Below, in pieces: positions 48,733-59,294 of a stretch of DNA of 64,000 bases (position 1 is its first letter; every line of letters begins with the position of its first letter). Under the pieces are notes generated by a model, which worked only from the letters and a program-made list of their open reading frames with translations, searched no databases and had not been told where the DNA came from. Location: NCBI GenBank assembly GCA_913043025.1, contig CAJWLM010000004.1:3462-67461 (forward strand). Direction: 5' to 3'. A program made the translations under genes and the position numbers. The stretch comes from an uncultured Rhodospirillaceae bacterium. Lineage in GTDB: Bacteria; Pseudomonadota; Alphaproteobacteria; UBA8366.

Positions 48733-50571
48733 TCATTGGTGGTGTTTATCAGGGCCTGCGAAAGTGGAATTAATAACCTTAAGAAACAAAGAAGCGAAAA
48801 GCTTTAATTTGGCTTTGCCGACACCATTAATTTCTGCGAACTCCGACTCGGTGCGTGGCATTATCCTGGCCATGTGTGCTAGCGTCCGGTCTGTAAATAT
48901 TAGGTAGGCTGGCACCCTGCGTTGACATGCTAGCTCGAGCCTTAGGTGTTTTAGTTTAGCGAGCAGTGCTATTTGTGGCTGCGTTAAAGTAGTGCCTGTT
49001 TCAGGCGATGGTGGCATGGGATGTGTTTTCAATTTTGACGTAAATTGGGTCAATCGATATCGAAAAGTCTCTAGGCCAGATTCTAGCACCCTGCCTTTTT
49101 TGGTTATTTTAAGCCCTCCATAATTTTCGATATCGGTATTCAGAAATCCTGCGGCAACAAGTTGCCGAATTATGGAGCGCCACTCCTGTACTTTATGGTT
49201 TTTGCCACAGCAGAAGGTTTCAAGGTCCTGATGGCCGGCTTTCAGGACCTTTTCTGTATTTGTGCCTCGGAGTACATTTATCAAATGAGTCACTCCATAG
49301 ATCATTCCGGTTTGGCGAATAACTCTCATAAGTAACTTAGCCTCTTCGGTCCCATCAACAAGGAAAGTTGGATTGAGGCAACGGTCGCAGTTGCCGCAGG
49401 CATTGCTTTGCTCGCCGAAATAGCCGAGCAATGTCCTTCTGCGGCATTCAGGGGCTTCGCAGAACCCAAGTAGAGCATCGAGTTTTTGATGTTCACGACG
49501 CTTGCGATCATCAGCACTGTTCTCTTGGTCTATAAATAAACGACGCATTCGTATGTCTTGAAGTCCGTAAAGCATTTGCGCCTCAGCGGGCTCCCCATCA
49601 CGTCCAGCACGGCCAATTTCTTGATAGTAAGCCTCGAGTGTACTCGGGAGGTCGGTATGGAAAACATACCGCACATCAGCTTTATCAATACCCATGCCGA
49701 AGGCGATGGTCGCGACGATAACAACGCCGGGTTCTGTCATGAATATATTTTGATGTTGCTCTCGTATTTCTGAAGGTAAACCAGCATGGTACGGTAGCGC
49801 GGGAATATTTTCCTTGCAAAGAAGGGCCGCCGCTTCCTCGGTTTTTTTTCGTGAAAGACAATAAATTATCCCGCTCTGCCCTTTTCTGGCTTTCGTAAAA
49901 GCTAGCATTTGGGATTTCCAGTTATTCTTCATTTCGACCGCGATTTTTATATTCGGCCGATCAAAGCCAAGAACGATAGTCCCAGCATTTCCATTGAAAA
50001 GTTTATCTAAAATGTCTGCTTGCGTTGCTGGATCGGCCGTCGCTGTAAGAGCTGCTATGGGTGCTTTTGGGAAGTGTTTCCTAAGGTTTCCTAAAAGCTC
50101 GTACTCTGGTCTAAAACTCGGCCCCCACTGCGATATGCAGTGTGCCTCATCGATAGCAATTAGACCAACCTCAAGTTTGGCGAGCGCATCGAGCATTCGC
50201 TCGGTCATCATACGTTCCGGTGCAAGATAGATTATCTTAATCTGGCCCGCGGCAACTTGGCGCCATGCGGCAACATTTTCTGCCCGACTTTGTGAGGAAT
50301 TGATGCTGACAGCAGCCACGCCAAGAATCCTCAATGCGGTTACTTGATCTTGCATAAGTGCAACTAGCGGAGATATTACCACGGTAAGTCCGGGCCTTAT
50401 CAATGCGGGCACCTGAAAACAAAAGCTTTTGCCAGAGCCCGTTGGCATAACAGCGAGTGCATTATGACCAGATAAAAGCGTATCAATGACTTCTTCTTGC
50501 CCGGGCCGAAATTTATTGAAGCCAAAAGTCTCTCGTAAGATCTTATATTTAGCAGTCGATGAATTGGTCAT
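48733..50571 (-). CDS. recQ: ATP-dependent DNA helicase RecQ
   Basis: Motif I MPTGSGKS, DEAH box IAIDEAHCISQWG, Zn-binding Cys cluster (CRRRTLL...CGNCDRC), and a C-terminal HRDC-like region. Confidence 0.9.
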   Translation of the reverse strand: MTNSSTAKYKILRETFGFNKFRPGQEEVIDTLLSGHNALAVMPTGSGKSFCFQVPALIRPGLTVVISPLVALMQDQVTALRILGVAAVSINSSQSRAENVAAWRQVAAGQIKIIYLAPERMMTERMLDALAKLEVGLIAIDEAHCISQWGPSFRPEYELLGNLRKHFPKAPIAALTATADPATQADILDKLFNGNAGTIVLGFDRPNIKIAVEMKNNWKSQMLAFTKARKGQSGIIYCLSRKKTEEAAALLCKENIPALPYHAGLPSEIREQHQNIFMTEPGVVIVATIAFGMGIDKADVRYVFHTDLPSTLEAYYQEIGRAGRDGEPAEAQMLYGLQDIRMRRLFIDQENSADDRKRREHQKLDALLGFCEAPECRRRTLLGYFGEQSNACGNCDRCLNPTFLVDGTEEAKLLMRVIRQTGMIYGVTHLINVLRGTNTEKVLKAGHQDLETFCCGKNHKVQEWRSIIRQLVAAGFLNTDIENYGGLKITKKGRVLESGLETFRYRLTQFTSKLKTHPMPPSPETGTTLTQPQIALLAKLKHLRLELACQRRVPAYLIFTDRTLAHMARIMPRTESEFAEINGVGKAKLKLFASLFLKVINSTFAGPDKHHQ

Positions 50572-50728
50572 TTAACTCAGGACGTAATTATAATACGTTG
50601 AACATAACCCTTCTAAATAAATGTGCGACATCCAAATAGGTATTTGAAGCATTTCCTTGTGGACGAAATTGGGGAAGGTTGGGTAGGCAATTCTTTGCGA
50701 TTAATATAAAAAGAGGAAGCATATTAAA

Positions 50729-51109
50729 ATGGAAGCAGTTAATTTTGCAGCCAATTGGGTAGATATTGTTAACAAAAAATCCGTGACGCAGATACTTGCT
50801 CTTTATGCTGAGAGCTCCATCTTGCTGCCAACTTTTTCAGCTACACCAGCCAAAGGGCACAATCAAATTGAATCTTATTTTAGGAGATTATTATCTCGGG
50901 ATGCTGTCGCTGTGGAGCTTGATGACGAATCGGTTGGCGCGGACAATATATCAGCTAATATTACGGCTACTTACGGGACCTATACGTTTTTCTACAGCGA
51001 AAAGGGAATGCAAAAGCGTTTTCCGGCGCGATTCACCTTCGTTCTCGATACGGATAAGTCAGCGCCGATTATACACCACCACTCATCACTAATTCCTCCA
51101 TCTTCATAA
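50729..51109 (+). CDS. NTF2-like (DUF4440/SgcJ-EcaC-type) protein
   Basis: 126 aa. The pattern WVDIVNKKSVTQILALYAE...FTFVLDTD...IIHHHSS is typical of the SnoaL/DUF4440 fold. Confidence 0.55.
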   Translation: MEAVNFAANWVDIVNKKSVTQILALYAESSILLPTFSATPAKGHNQIESYFRRLLSRDAVAVELDDESVGADNISANITATYGTYTFFYSEKGMQKRFPARFTFVLDTDKSAPIIHHHSSLIPPSS

Positions 51110-51118
51110 TTTAGAGGA

Positions 51119-51193
51119 TGGTGCCGCCGAGTGGAATTGAACCACTGGCCTCGCCCTTACCAAGGGCGCGCTCTACCCCTGAGCTACGGCGGC
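51119..51193 (-). tRNA. tRNA-Thr (anticodon GGU)
   Basis: The reverse complement folds as a cloverleaf. Acceptor GCCGCCG/CGGCGGC, D-arm GCTC-AGGGGTA-GAGC, anticodon arm CGCCC-TTGGTAA-GGGCG, T-arm AGTGG-TTCAATT-CCACT, discriminator A, encoded CCA. Confidence 0.9.
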
Positions 51194-51325
51194 ACAAGTG
51201 TTGAAGTTCCGGTATATGCCATAGTGAACATTGTCCGGCAAGCTGTCGTATTATTATCGTAACTGGTTTTTTTAGCTCCATTGGTTTATTTATGGATGGG
51301 AATCTTAGACCGAATCACTTAGCAA

Positions 51326-51475
51326 ATGAATAAAAAAATCACGAAACCGGAAACATCTGAAAATTGCAATGAAAACGGAAGTCGACCTAGCCGTAAAGCG
51401 CGACAGGGTGACGCGTTGAGAGAGAACCTATTGAAAAGAAAAGCACAAAAAAGAGGACGGCTTGAAAAGTCCTAA
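51326..51475 (+). CDS. Possible small basic protein (49 aa)
   Basis: ATG-to-TAA ORF encoding MNKKITKPETSENCNENGSRPSRKARQGDALRENLLKRKAQKRGRLEKS. It is below the ORF-track size cut-off, and the Lys/Arg-rich C-terminus is helix-like. Confidence 0.3.
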   Translation: MNKKITKPETSENCNENGSRPSRKARQGDALRENLLKRKAQKRGRLEKS

Positions 51476-51584
51476 AAAAACAGGCGTTTTTTTCCAAGGC
51501 AAAAATTCGGAACTGACCCTCGTCTTGTGATCCCGACCTTCATCGTTTAGTCATCAAATATAACCGAAAAACGTGGGGGTCATT

Positions 51585-52139
51585 ATGTCAATTATGCCGG
51601 ATAGTTGGATTCGCGAGAAAGCTCAAAAAGATGGTATGATTGATCCTTTTATTGATGCTCAGAATCGTGATGGAACCATTTCATTTGGTGTTTCATCATA
51701 TGGATATGATGCAAGAGTAAGCAGAGAATTTAAGATTTTTACGAACGTAGATAATGCGATCGTTGATCCCAAGGCATTCTCAGACCAAAGTTTTGTCGAA
51801 CGTGATACAGATGTCTGCATAATCCCACCGAATTCTTTTGCTCTCGCCTCTACAGTGGAATATTTTCGGATACCTCGGAATGTTTTGGTTATTTGCCTTG
51901 GCAAGTCAACATATGCTCGTTGCGGGATAATCGTGAATGTTACACCGTTGGAGCCTGAGTGGGAGGGGCACGTAACACTCGAATTTTCAAATACCACGCC
52001 ACTGCCAGCAAAAATATACGCAGAAGAGGGAGCCTGCCAATTTTTGTTTCTCAAAGGTGAGGGTGAGCCCGATATCTCATATGCCGATCGGAAAGGGAAA
52101 TATATGGGGCAACGGGGGGTAACTCTGCCTCGGTTGTAA
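51585..52139 (+). CDS. dcd: dCTP deaminase
   Basis: [10 protein letters not shown] start, with the blocks SSYGYDARV and [24 protein letters not shown]. The ORF is open from the GTG at 51573. Confidence 0.9.
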   Translation: MSIMPDSWIREKAQKDGMIDPFIDAQNRDGTISFGVSSYGYDARVSREFKIFTNVDNAIVDPKAFSDQSFVERDTDVCIIPPNSFALASTVEYFRIPRNVLVICLGKSTYARCGIIVNVTPLEPEWEGHVTLEFSNTTPLPAKIYAEEGACQFLFLKGEGEPDISYADRKGKYMGQRGVTLPRL

Positions 52140-52230
52140 ATATACGTTCTACACGAGTATTGACTGATGAATATTCGACTGAATCGTATCTGCTTTCCCA
52201 GCGATAAAAGCGATAAAATTGAAGAGTGAT

Positions 52231-53505
52231 ATGGATCGAATAAGAATCAAAGGCGGAAACAAAATTGAGGGAATAATTCCGATTAGTGGAGCCAAGAATG
52301 CTGCTCTGCCGCTGATGGCTTCAAGCTTACTCACTGAGGAGCCGTTAACATTATCTAATGTGCCGAATTTGGAGGATATTAGAACGCTTGCTGATTTGCT
52401 TGAACAGCATGGAGTGTTTGTTGAGAGGCATCTAGATAAGGCGGAAATTACTTTCACTGCGTGCGAAATAACCAACACGAGAGCACCTTATGATTTGGTG
52501 CGGAAGATGAGAGCTAGCGTGCTTGTACTCGGGCCAATCCTCAGCCGATTTGGTAAAGCTAAAGTATCATTGCCTGGTGGTTGTGCGATTGGTACAAGGC
52601 CTATTGATTTGCATTTAAAGGCATTAGAACTTTTGGGTGCAGATATAGTGCTCGAAGGGGGCTATGTCTTAGCTTCAGCTCCCTGCGGATTGAAGGGCGC
52701 CGATATTACGTTTCCTTTCGTTTCAGTTGGGGCAACTGAAAATATTATGATGGCAGCCACCCTCGCTGACGGAGAAACAAGGTTGATCAATGCTGCGCGC
52801 GAACCTGAGATAATTGATCTTGCGGCTTGTTTAACTGCAATGGGTGCGAGTATTGACGGAATAGGGAGCGATACACTCGTAATTCAGGGTAGAAAATTAC
52901 TTGGCGGTGCGCGTCACACAGTCATGCCGGACAGAATTGAAACGGGGACGTATGCAATGGCTGCTGCAGCTACCGGCGGTGACGTTTTACTGAAGGGCGC
53001 TCAGCCAGAACATCTCGTTGCGGTAACTGATAAACTAACGGAGTCTGGTGCTGTTATCACGGAGATCCCTGGAGAGAATGGAGGGGTGCGGATAGCCTGT
53101 CAACGCGGTGGTTTAGTAGGCGTTGACGTCATGACTGAGCCCTTTCCTGGTTTTCCAACAGACCTTCAGGCCCAATTTATGGCTCTGCTGAGTCTTTCGG
53201 ATGGAGCGTCGATGATAACGGAGCAAATCTTTGAAAATCGGTTTATGCATGTGCCAGAACTGATGCGTATGGGTGCAAACATTAACTTGCACGGAGGGTC
53301 GGCAATGGTCCGAGGTGTCAAGGCTCTTACAGGAGCACCAGTGATGGCCACTGATCTTCGTGCTTCCGTTAGCTTAGTAATAGCGGGTCTTGCTGCTGAA
53401 GGTGAGACCCTAGTAAGTAGGGTCTATCATCTTGACCGCGGTTATGAATGTCTGGAAAAAAAATTAGCCTCATGTGGTGCAGAGATTGAGCGCATTGAGG
53501 ATTAG
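52231..53505 (+). CDS. murA: UDP-N-acetylglucosamine 1-carboxyvinyltransferase
   Basis: [30 protein letters not shown] start and [16 protein letters not shown] containing the active-site Cys. Confidence 0.95.
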   Translation: MDRIRIKGGNKIEGIIPISGAKNAALPLMASSLLTEEPLTLSNVPNLEDIRTLADLLEQHGVFVERHLDKAEITFTACEITNTRAPYDLVRKMRASVLVLGPILSRFGKAKVSLPGGCAIGTRPIDLHLKALELLGADIVLEGGYVLASAPCGLKGADITFPFVSVGATENIMMAATLADGETRLINAAREPEIIDLAACLTAMGASIDGIGSDTLVIQGRKLLGGARHTVMPDRIETGTYAMAAAATGGDVLLKGAQPEHLVAVTDKLTESGAVITEIPGENGGVRIACQRGGLVGVDVMTEPFPGFPTDLQAQFMALLSLSDGASMITEQIFENRFMHVPELMRMGANINLHGGSAMVRGVKALTGAPVMATDLRASVSLVIAGLAAEGETLVSRVYHLDRGYECLEKKLASCGAEIERIED

Positions 53506-53508
53506 CCA

Positions 53509-53940
53509 ATGACTGAAGAGGCGGAACATTCGCCTATAAGGTTGAGAGCATTTTCGCTTGAAGACCTTTCGTTAATCTCGGCACTTTTGCAGGATGCGAT
53601 AGTGCCGATAGGAGATATAGCATTTCTGAAGGATGAGAAATCTTTTGTCTTAGTTGCCAGCAGGTATTGCTGGGAATACGACAATGAGGGGAACGGACTT
53701 CGTGTTTTGTCTGGGCTTCGCTTTGATGGTGTAACGCGCGCAGTTTCCCAAAAAATTGATCGTCGTGATAGAAACCAATTTCTTGAGTTATTATCTATAA
53801 ATTATTCAGATGGCTATGTTGCAATCCATTTTTCTCGCGGAGGAGCGATTCGTCTGGAGGTTGAGCATCTCACTGTTGCTGTCCAAGACCTTGCTGAACC
53901 CCGCCCAACAACATTTCAACCCCGGCACATAGATGACTAA
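53509..53940 (+). CDS. DUF2948 family protein
   Basis: A 143-aa protein starting directly after murA (LRAFSLEDLSLISALLQDAIV...). As I recall, this position is conserved in Alphaproteobacteria. Confidence 0.65.
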   Translation: MTEEAEHSPIRLRAFSLEDLSLISALLQDAIVPIGDIAFLKDEKSFVLVASRYCWEYDNEGNGLRVLSGLRFDGVTRAVSQKIDRRDRNQFLELLSINYSDGYVAIHFSRGGAIRLEVEHLTVAVQDLAEPRPTTFQPRHIDD

Positions 53941-54068
53941 GCAGTAATTGAACTTTTACAAAGATTCAAAATTAAAAAATTAATATTTTGGTTTAAAGGC
54001 TGAGCATTAATCACACTGAAATATTTTTCATTTGATGGAAACTGCAATGGGGCAAGCGTCATAATGTT

Positions 54069-54455
54069 TTAAAGCTTTTTGTCGATGCGTTTCCAATAAC
54101 TATCCTTCACTGCAATTTTACCATCCCGAAATGTGTAAATGTCTATGCCTCGTTGATCGACTACGGTACCGTCACTCATTTCCCCAGTGGCACGGAAACA
54201 GCCAAACACGTTTTCTTCGGTAAAATGGATGGATGTTTCGGAAAATCTTATTTCTTTAGTAGCAATGTCACGCTCTTTAAGAGCTGCGCGAACCTCATCT
54301 TTCCCACTGACAACCTTTCCATCAGGTGCGTTCGGGCCCTCAGCAAGTCGCCATTGAAAATCCTTAGTTACACATTCCAAAATACCTTCAATATCGCCTT
54401 TATTAAAAGCTTTGCCGAAGCGCCGCAGCAAGCTCATTACTTTGTCTTGGTCCAT
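54069..54455 (-). CDS. SnoaL-like / NTF2 family protein
   Basis: 128 aa. FGKAFNKGDIEGILECVTKDFQW ... GKIAVKDSYWK is typical of the SnoaL fold. Confidence 0.6.
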   Translation of the reverse strand: MDQDKVMSLLRRFGKAFNKGDIEGILECVTKDFQWRLAEGPNAPDGKVVSGKDEVRAALKERDIATKEIRFSETSIHFTEENVFGCFRATGEMSDGTVVDQRGIDIYTFRDGKIAVKDSYWKRIDKKL

Positions 54456-54615
54456 TTTAATCTACCATTCCTTCTTAATTTTTATCAGTGATTGGGAACC
54501 AATATGCCCATTCAGGTGCTGCTAATACCGCTTTAATGACTGCAATTATCATGATGAAAAAAATTTGAATAGAGAGAAAGATTCGGCTCTTTGTCGAATT
54601 AATTGATTAGCATTG

Positions 54616-55989
54616 TCATTCCGGTGTATGCGCCCTTCCCATTCGTATTATGTCCATAAGTTCGGTAATATTATCTAGACTTTCTAGTTTCTCAACGAGC
54701 TCAATTACTTTTCCAATGTGCCCATTGGGAAGTGCAAACTCACAACAATCGCGAAACTTTGCTAGACGCTCATCACGAGTAAGTGGAAGACCCCACATAC
54801 CGCGCGGCTTATCGCAGCGCTCTACTAACTCTTTTCCTTTTTTAGTTTTTACTCGAACGACAGCGTGGCAGTCTTGGAAGCTTCTAGGAATGTCATCAAG
54901 CATATTTAAATGGACTCTAGGCAACAAAGCTTTCACGTCCTCTGCAAAGCGCCGTTTATCTGAAAAAGTTGCTACTTTGACTTTTCGGTCAAGCAAAGCG
55001 ACGGTAGTCGCATATTGAACTGAAAATTTACCGTCAAGTCCACTTTCTGGCTCTGGCCTATCAACGTAGTGGAAAGTCGGAAAATCAACTATAACGCTAT
55101 CAATGTCTTCGGCATGCAAATCATAGTCGGTCGCAAGCTTTATCGCGGCGTCAATGGGTCTATGCGTGAAATAATTTGCAGGATGCTTTTTGAAGCCTAC
55201 GCCGGGATTTGCCATTCTAAAAGGTTTTGCAAAATCCTGCAGGAAGAGATCAAGCTCAACGTTTTCCGCTCCGTAAAAAAGTTCAAAAAAACCGCCTTTC
55301 CCCAGCATATCCTGGTTGGCAGTCCATCCCAATCTCGCAAGTGTGGCACACTCCACACCCATTCTAGCCGCATGGCCCGAATGGCTGGATTTAGTCATTG
55401 TTCCCGTATTGGTTGAAATTGATCCAGCTCGCGAGCCTCCAATACCAATTGCGCGCAAAAATTCTGGTTTATCAAGCTGTAGCAATATTCCGGATGCCGT
55501 AACTGCCCCCATCAAGCCAGATACACCAGGTTTGTGGAAACCTGTTCCAGCATCAATGGCGGCAGATGCCACTCGCATGCGTCCTTGCACTTCAAAGGCC
55601 AGGGTAACAGCCCGTATTATCTCGGTTCCTGGGGATTTATCACGCTCTGCAATTGCTAATATTGCTGGCAGTGTTGGGGAGGTTGGATGATTTAGCGGCC
55701 ACCAAGTATTGTCGAAGTCAAGCGCATGGGCAAGACACCCATTCGCATAAGCTGCATTCAATGCATTCGATTTAAAATTACCACAAATTAGGCTTGAGGT
55801 GGGGCTACCACCTAGCTCTTTCGTATATTCGAAAACGATACGCCCAAGCCCAAGCGGTTCACCGGCGCCCGCTATCATGACGCCAATCCCATCGAGGCAT
55901 ACTTGGCGAGCTATCTCCCGAACATCATCAGGTATATCTTCATATTTTGTTGAGACTAGAATATCGACAAGATTTTCGGTTAATGTCAC
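54616..55989 (-). CDS. MmgE/PrpD family protein (second copy in window)
   Basis: PrpD-family blocks (HALDFDNTW, GFHKPGVSGLMGAVTA). The GTG start at 55989 follows GGAGGA; the ORF is open to 56034. Confidence 0.85.
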   Translation of the reverse strand: MTLTENLVDILVSTKYEDIPDDVREIARQVCLDGIGVMIAGAGEPLGLGRIVFEYTKELGGSPTSSLICGNFKSNALNAAYANGCLAHALDFDNTWWPLNHPTSPTLPAILAIAERDKSPGTEIIRAVTLAFEVQGRMRVASAAIDAGTGFHKPGVSGLMGAVTASGILLQLDKPEFLRAIGIGGSRAGSISTNTGTMTKSSHSGHAARMGVECATLARLGWTANQDMLGKGGFFELFYGAENVELDLFLQDFAKPFRMANPGVGFKKHPANYFTHRPIDAAIKLATDYDLHAEDIDSVIVDFPTFHYVDRPEPESGLDGKFSVQYATTVALLDRKVKVATFSDKRRFAEDVKALLPRVHLNMLDDIPRSFQDCHAVVRVKTKKGKELVERCDKPRGMWGLPLTRDERLAKFRDCCEFALPNGHIGKVIELVEKLESLDNITELMDIIRMGRAHTPE

Positions 55990-56092
55990 TTCTATTCCTC
56001 CGTTGATATGTCTTGCTTGGTGACCCATGTACAAGCATTAAAGACTGAAGTGATATTGGCGGCAAGATAGCTGCCGGAACAGGGTTTGAACG

Positions 56093-56731
56093 ATGGTATA
56101 TAGCGTGAAGGAACTTTATTACACCTTGCAAGGAGAAGGCACCCACGCAGGCCGGCCAGCTGTATTCTGTCGTTTTTCTGGCTGCAACCTGTGGAGTGGA
56201 AGGGAAAGAGAGAGGCCTACGGCTATTTGCCAATTTTGTGATACAGAATTTGTTGGAGTAGATGGGCCGGGTGGTGGAAAATTTAATAACGCTCTGGCAC
56301 TGGCACGAGCAATCGCGGAAACTTGGGCAAGCTCATCAGAGGAAGGAATTCCCTATGTAGTATGTACCGGTGGGGAGCCTTTGTTGCAATTGGATACACC
56401 TTTAATAAAGGCTTTAAAGCAGGAACAATTCCAAATAGGGGTTGAAACTAACGGTACAATTTTGGCCCCCGAAGGATTAGACTGGGTCTGTGTCAGCCCG
56501 AAGGCTAATTCAGCATTGGTTCAGACAAGCGGAAATGAGTTGAAACTTGTGTATCCACAAAAGGGAATCGACCCGGCAATCTATAGTCACCTCGCTTTTG
56601 AACATTTTCTATTACAACCGAAAGATGGACCTAATCGTGATATTAATACATCGCGGGCAGCCGAATATTGCGAAGAACACAAAGAATGGCGTGTGAGCGT
56701 GCAAACACATAAATTAGTTGGTTTGATGTAA
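56093..56731 (+). CDS. queE: 7-carboxy-7-deazaguanine synthase (radical SAM)
   Basis: YTLQGEG motif and a C-x14-C-x2-C cluster (CNLWSGRERERPTAICQFC). 212 aa. Confidence 0.85.
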   Translation: MVYSVKELYYTLQGEGTHAGRPAVFCRFSGCNLWSGRERERPTAICQFCDTEFVGVDGPGGGKFNNALALARAIAETWASSSEEGIPYVVCTGGEPLLQLDTPLIKALKQEQFQIGVETNGTILAPEGLDWVCVSPKANSALVQTSGNELKLVYPQKGIDPAIYSHLAFEHFLLQPKDGPNRDINTSRAAEYCEEHKEWRVSVQTHKLVGLM

Positions 56732-56794
56732 AGCTTTTTATGGGGCATCTGCAGCGTTAGATGGCACTATTTTGTGAGTATGCGGTTGGATCTT

Positions 56795-57619
56795 TTAATG
56801 TGTGGGGGTACCTCTTATGCTCGTGCGCAGAAATATTATCGGTTGTCGCAGAGGGTTGTACTCCGTGGCACGGTGCCAACAACAAGGATTATCCCAGACA
56901 ACAGTGTCATTCATACGCTATCGGTGCGTTTCTTGGAATTGAGACTGAACACACCACGCAAACACCTCATTCAATAAAGCCCACGCTTTCTCGTGATCTA
57001 TCCCAACTAACGAGACGGTATGCGCAGGGTTTATAAACACAGATTTTTTGCGAGTCTCCGGATGCGTTCTTATTGCAGGCTGTTGTACAGGTTGCCTATT
57101 TTTATCGCTCGTTGAAAGTCTTTCTTGGCCGGGCGCAGTATTACCGCCTCACCGAAAAGTGGCCAACTGCCCTTCTATCTGCAACTTGAGGCGGCTAGGC
57201 ATTTTTGCAAATGCAAGTGTCATATTTGCAAATTCCGTATCGCCGTCAACATCAGGAATTTGTTGAGTATGCAGAAGGGTCGCTTTGGCAGGAGACTCAA
57301 AGTAGCACATATCAGTATGCCACGCATTACCCCGTGCTTCTTCAGCCGGATTAATCTCACCATTCTGGTCTAGGTTGGTCATTACCATCAATTCTTCAAA
57401 GTTCGGGTGCCTATACTTCTCTGTTATATGAGGTTGAAGGGCGCCAAACTGTGCGAATAAGCTTGGCGTCAGGGGTTGGTCCCTAAATACGAGAACCTTA
57501 TGGTCAAGGAAGGCGTAATTAATAAGATCCCAGGTTTCAGGGTCAATAGGCCGAGTAATGTCAACGCCCTTTATCTCGGCTAACATCACTTTCCCAAGCT
57601 GATTTATCTCGACGGTCAT
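56795..57619 (-). pseudogene. TauD/TfdA-family dioxygenase pseudogene with two in-frame stops
   Basis: The 156-aa ORF (WHTD iron motif) stops at a TGA (57149-57151). The same frame continues with IRTHPETRKKSVFIN, then a TAG at 56918-56920 where the intact paralog has Trp, then NDTVVWDNPCCWHRA, and ends at a TAA at 56795-56797. Total 275 codons including the TAA, which is full family length. Confidence 0.75.
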
Positions 57620-57621
57620 CC

Positions 57622-59172
57622 TTATGGTCGCATTGTTTTCGCAACCGGACCGAGATGTGATTTTGTTACTTCATACGCTTCCTCAATCCAATCACAAAGC
57701 AGGGGACGAGTTTCGCGCGGATCAATGATATCTGGAATTGAGAATTTTTCCGCAGTACGAAAGGGCGATGTGAACTTGGAGTAATATTGTTCTAATTCAT
57801 TTAGCCGAGCCTCGGGGTTCTCAGAACCTTCGATGTCTTTTCGGTATGCCGCCCATATACCCCCCTCGAGAGGAATAGAGCCCCAATATCCTGATGGCCA
57901 AGCATAGCGAAGATTAATGCCTCTTTTCCGACCGTGCATGCCACCTGCTAATCCAAAGGCGCGTTTCATGATAATTGAGCACCATGGAGTTTGGCTTTGT
58001 TCAATTGCGGCCAGACATTTAAGGACGGATCTTATAGTGCCACTTTTCTCTGCAGCGAGACCGGGCATAACGCCAGGCACATCGACAAAATTGACGATAG
58101 GGATATGAAAATTATCACACAGGTCAATAAACTTTTCAGTTTTCATCGCTGATGCACGCGTCATTGCTCCTCCTGCATAATTGGGGTCATTTGCCATAAC
58201 CCCAACAACGTACCCATTGAGCCTCGCAAGGCTAGTCACAAGTGATGGCCCGATCTTTGGCGCTATTTCAAAAATTGAGTCTCTGTCGAGCACTGCCTCG
58301 AGGATTTGGCGCACTTTATAACTTCGGCGGCGGTTCCGAGGTATCACCTCCAATAGCATTTCCTCACGTCGGTCGGAGGTGTCCGAAGGTTCTATGCGGG
58401 GTGGTAAATGATGAACGTTTTGCGGCATGTAGGATAAAAATTGTCGTGCCTGATCGAAGGCGTCTTGTTCATCTTTTGCGGCATTGTCTACGGCCCCATT
58501 GTCACGTGTTTGTATTCGCCAACCGCCCAGTTCTTCCTTGTCAAGGTCCTCTGCCATTGCAGCTTTCACCACAGGTGGTCCCGCAGCAAAAACCTGGCTG
58601 GTTCCCTTAACCATTACTGAAAAGTGAGCGTAGCCTACTTTGATAGCCCCGAGGCCTGCACAGGCACCTAAAGCGATACCTACAACAGGCACTTCTCCCA
58701 TCAGCTGAAATTGTGGCCAGCTAGGATAACCAGGAATTTTTGTGAAACCCATTTTTTCGAGAAGTTTAACACTGCCGCCCGCACTATCTACAAGTCGCAG
58801 CAGAGGCATTTTCATTTCAAGTGCATATCGCTCAATATAAAGCCATTTGTCAGCGATTGTTGCCTCTGATGAGCCTCCCCGAATTGTGAAATCGTCAATT
58901 GAAACAGCCACTTTGTTTTCGTTGATACAACCTTTGCCAATGATTGCGTTAGATGGTGTTGATGAAATAAAGTTACCTTTTTCATCATATTCACCCTTGC
59001 CCGCAATTTTGCCCATTTCGCGAAAACTGTTGGCATCAAGAAGCATGTTGATACGTTCCCGTGCCGTTTTTTTCCCTATCGAATGCTGATAATCTCGACC
59101 CTTTTTGCCGCCAAGCTGTTCTGCTAGTTCAGCCCGTTTATTCAACTCATCAACTTCTGATTTCCAACTCAT
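57622..59172 (-). CDS. Acyl-CoA carboxylase carboxyltransferase (beta) subunit family protein
   Basis: 516 aa with both crotonase-like carboxyltransferase halves (DFTIRGGSSE..., GVMANDPNYAGGAM...). Confidence 0.85.
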   Translation of the reverse strand: MSWKSEVDELNKRAELAEQLGGKKGRDYQHSIGKKTARERINMLLDANSFREMGKIAGKGEYDEKGNFISSTPSNAIIGKGCINENKVAVSIDDFTIRGGSSEATIADKWLYIERYALEMKMPLLRLVDSAGGSVKLLEKMGFTKIPGYPSWPQFQLMGEVPVVGIALGACAGLGAIKVGYAHFSVMVKGTSQVFAAGPPVVKAAMAEDLDKEELGGWRIQTRDNGAVDNAAKDEQDAFDQARQFLSYMPQNVHHLPPRIEPSDTSDRREEMLLEVIPRNRRRSYKVRQILEAVLDRDSIFEIAPKIGPSLVTSLARLNGYVVGVMANDPNYAGGAMTRASAMKTEKFIDLCDNFHIPIVNFVDVPGVMPGLAAEKSGTIRSVLKCLAAIEQSQTPWCSIIMKRAFGLAGGMHGRKRGINLRYAWPSGYWGSIPLEGGIWAAYRKDIEGSENPEARLNELEQYYSKFTSPFRTAEKFSIPDIIDPRETRPLLCDWIEEAYEVTKSHLGPVAKTMRP

Positions 59173-59294
59173 TTTCTCTTCCCCGATCTTTTTTAAATGG
59201 CATTACGTTGTTATTGTTACCAAAATCCATTAGGAGTGGTGTTTAATTAGCGGTGAGTTATACCAGAAGCAATAAGTTTGAGGAGGGGTGAAGC

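Noticed and set aside
50796-51092. A 98-aa ORF in an alternative frame within the NTF2-like gene.
   Set aside because: It is fully nested in the 126-aa ORF, which has the better start context and fold-like sequence. The alternative frame looks like low-information sequence.
56035-56092. A possible preQ1 riboswitch upstream of queE.
   Set aside because: The spacer is only about 58 nt and lacks the conserved preQ1-I/II core sequences. Only a 5-bp hairpin (CGGCA/TGCCG) is present.
57149-57151. The TGA inside the TauD-like gene could be a second selenocysteine codon, since the Sec machinery is present.
   Set aside because: The same frame carries a TAG 77 codons further on, at a conserved Trp position. 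The TGA aligns with a Ser/His region of the intact paralog, not with a Cys. Only a weak 4-bp hairpin follows it. A pseudogene is the simpler reading.
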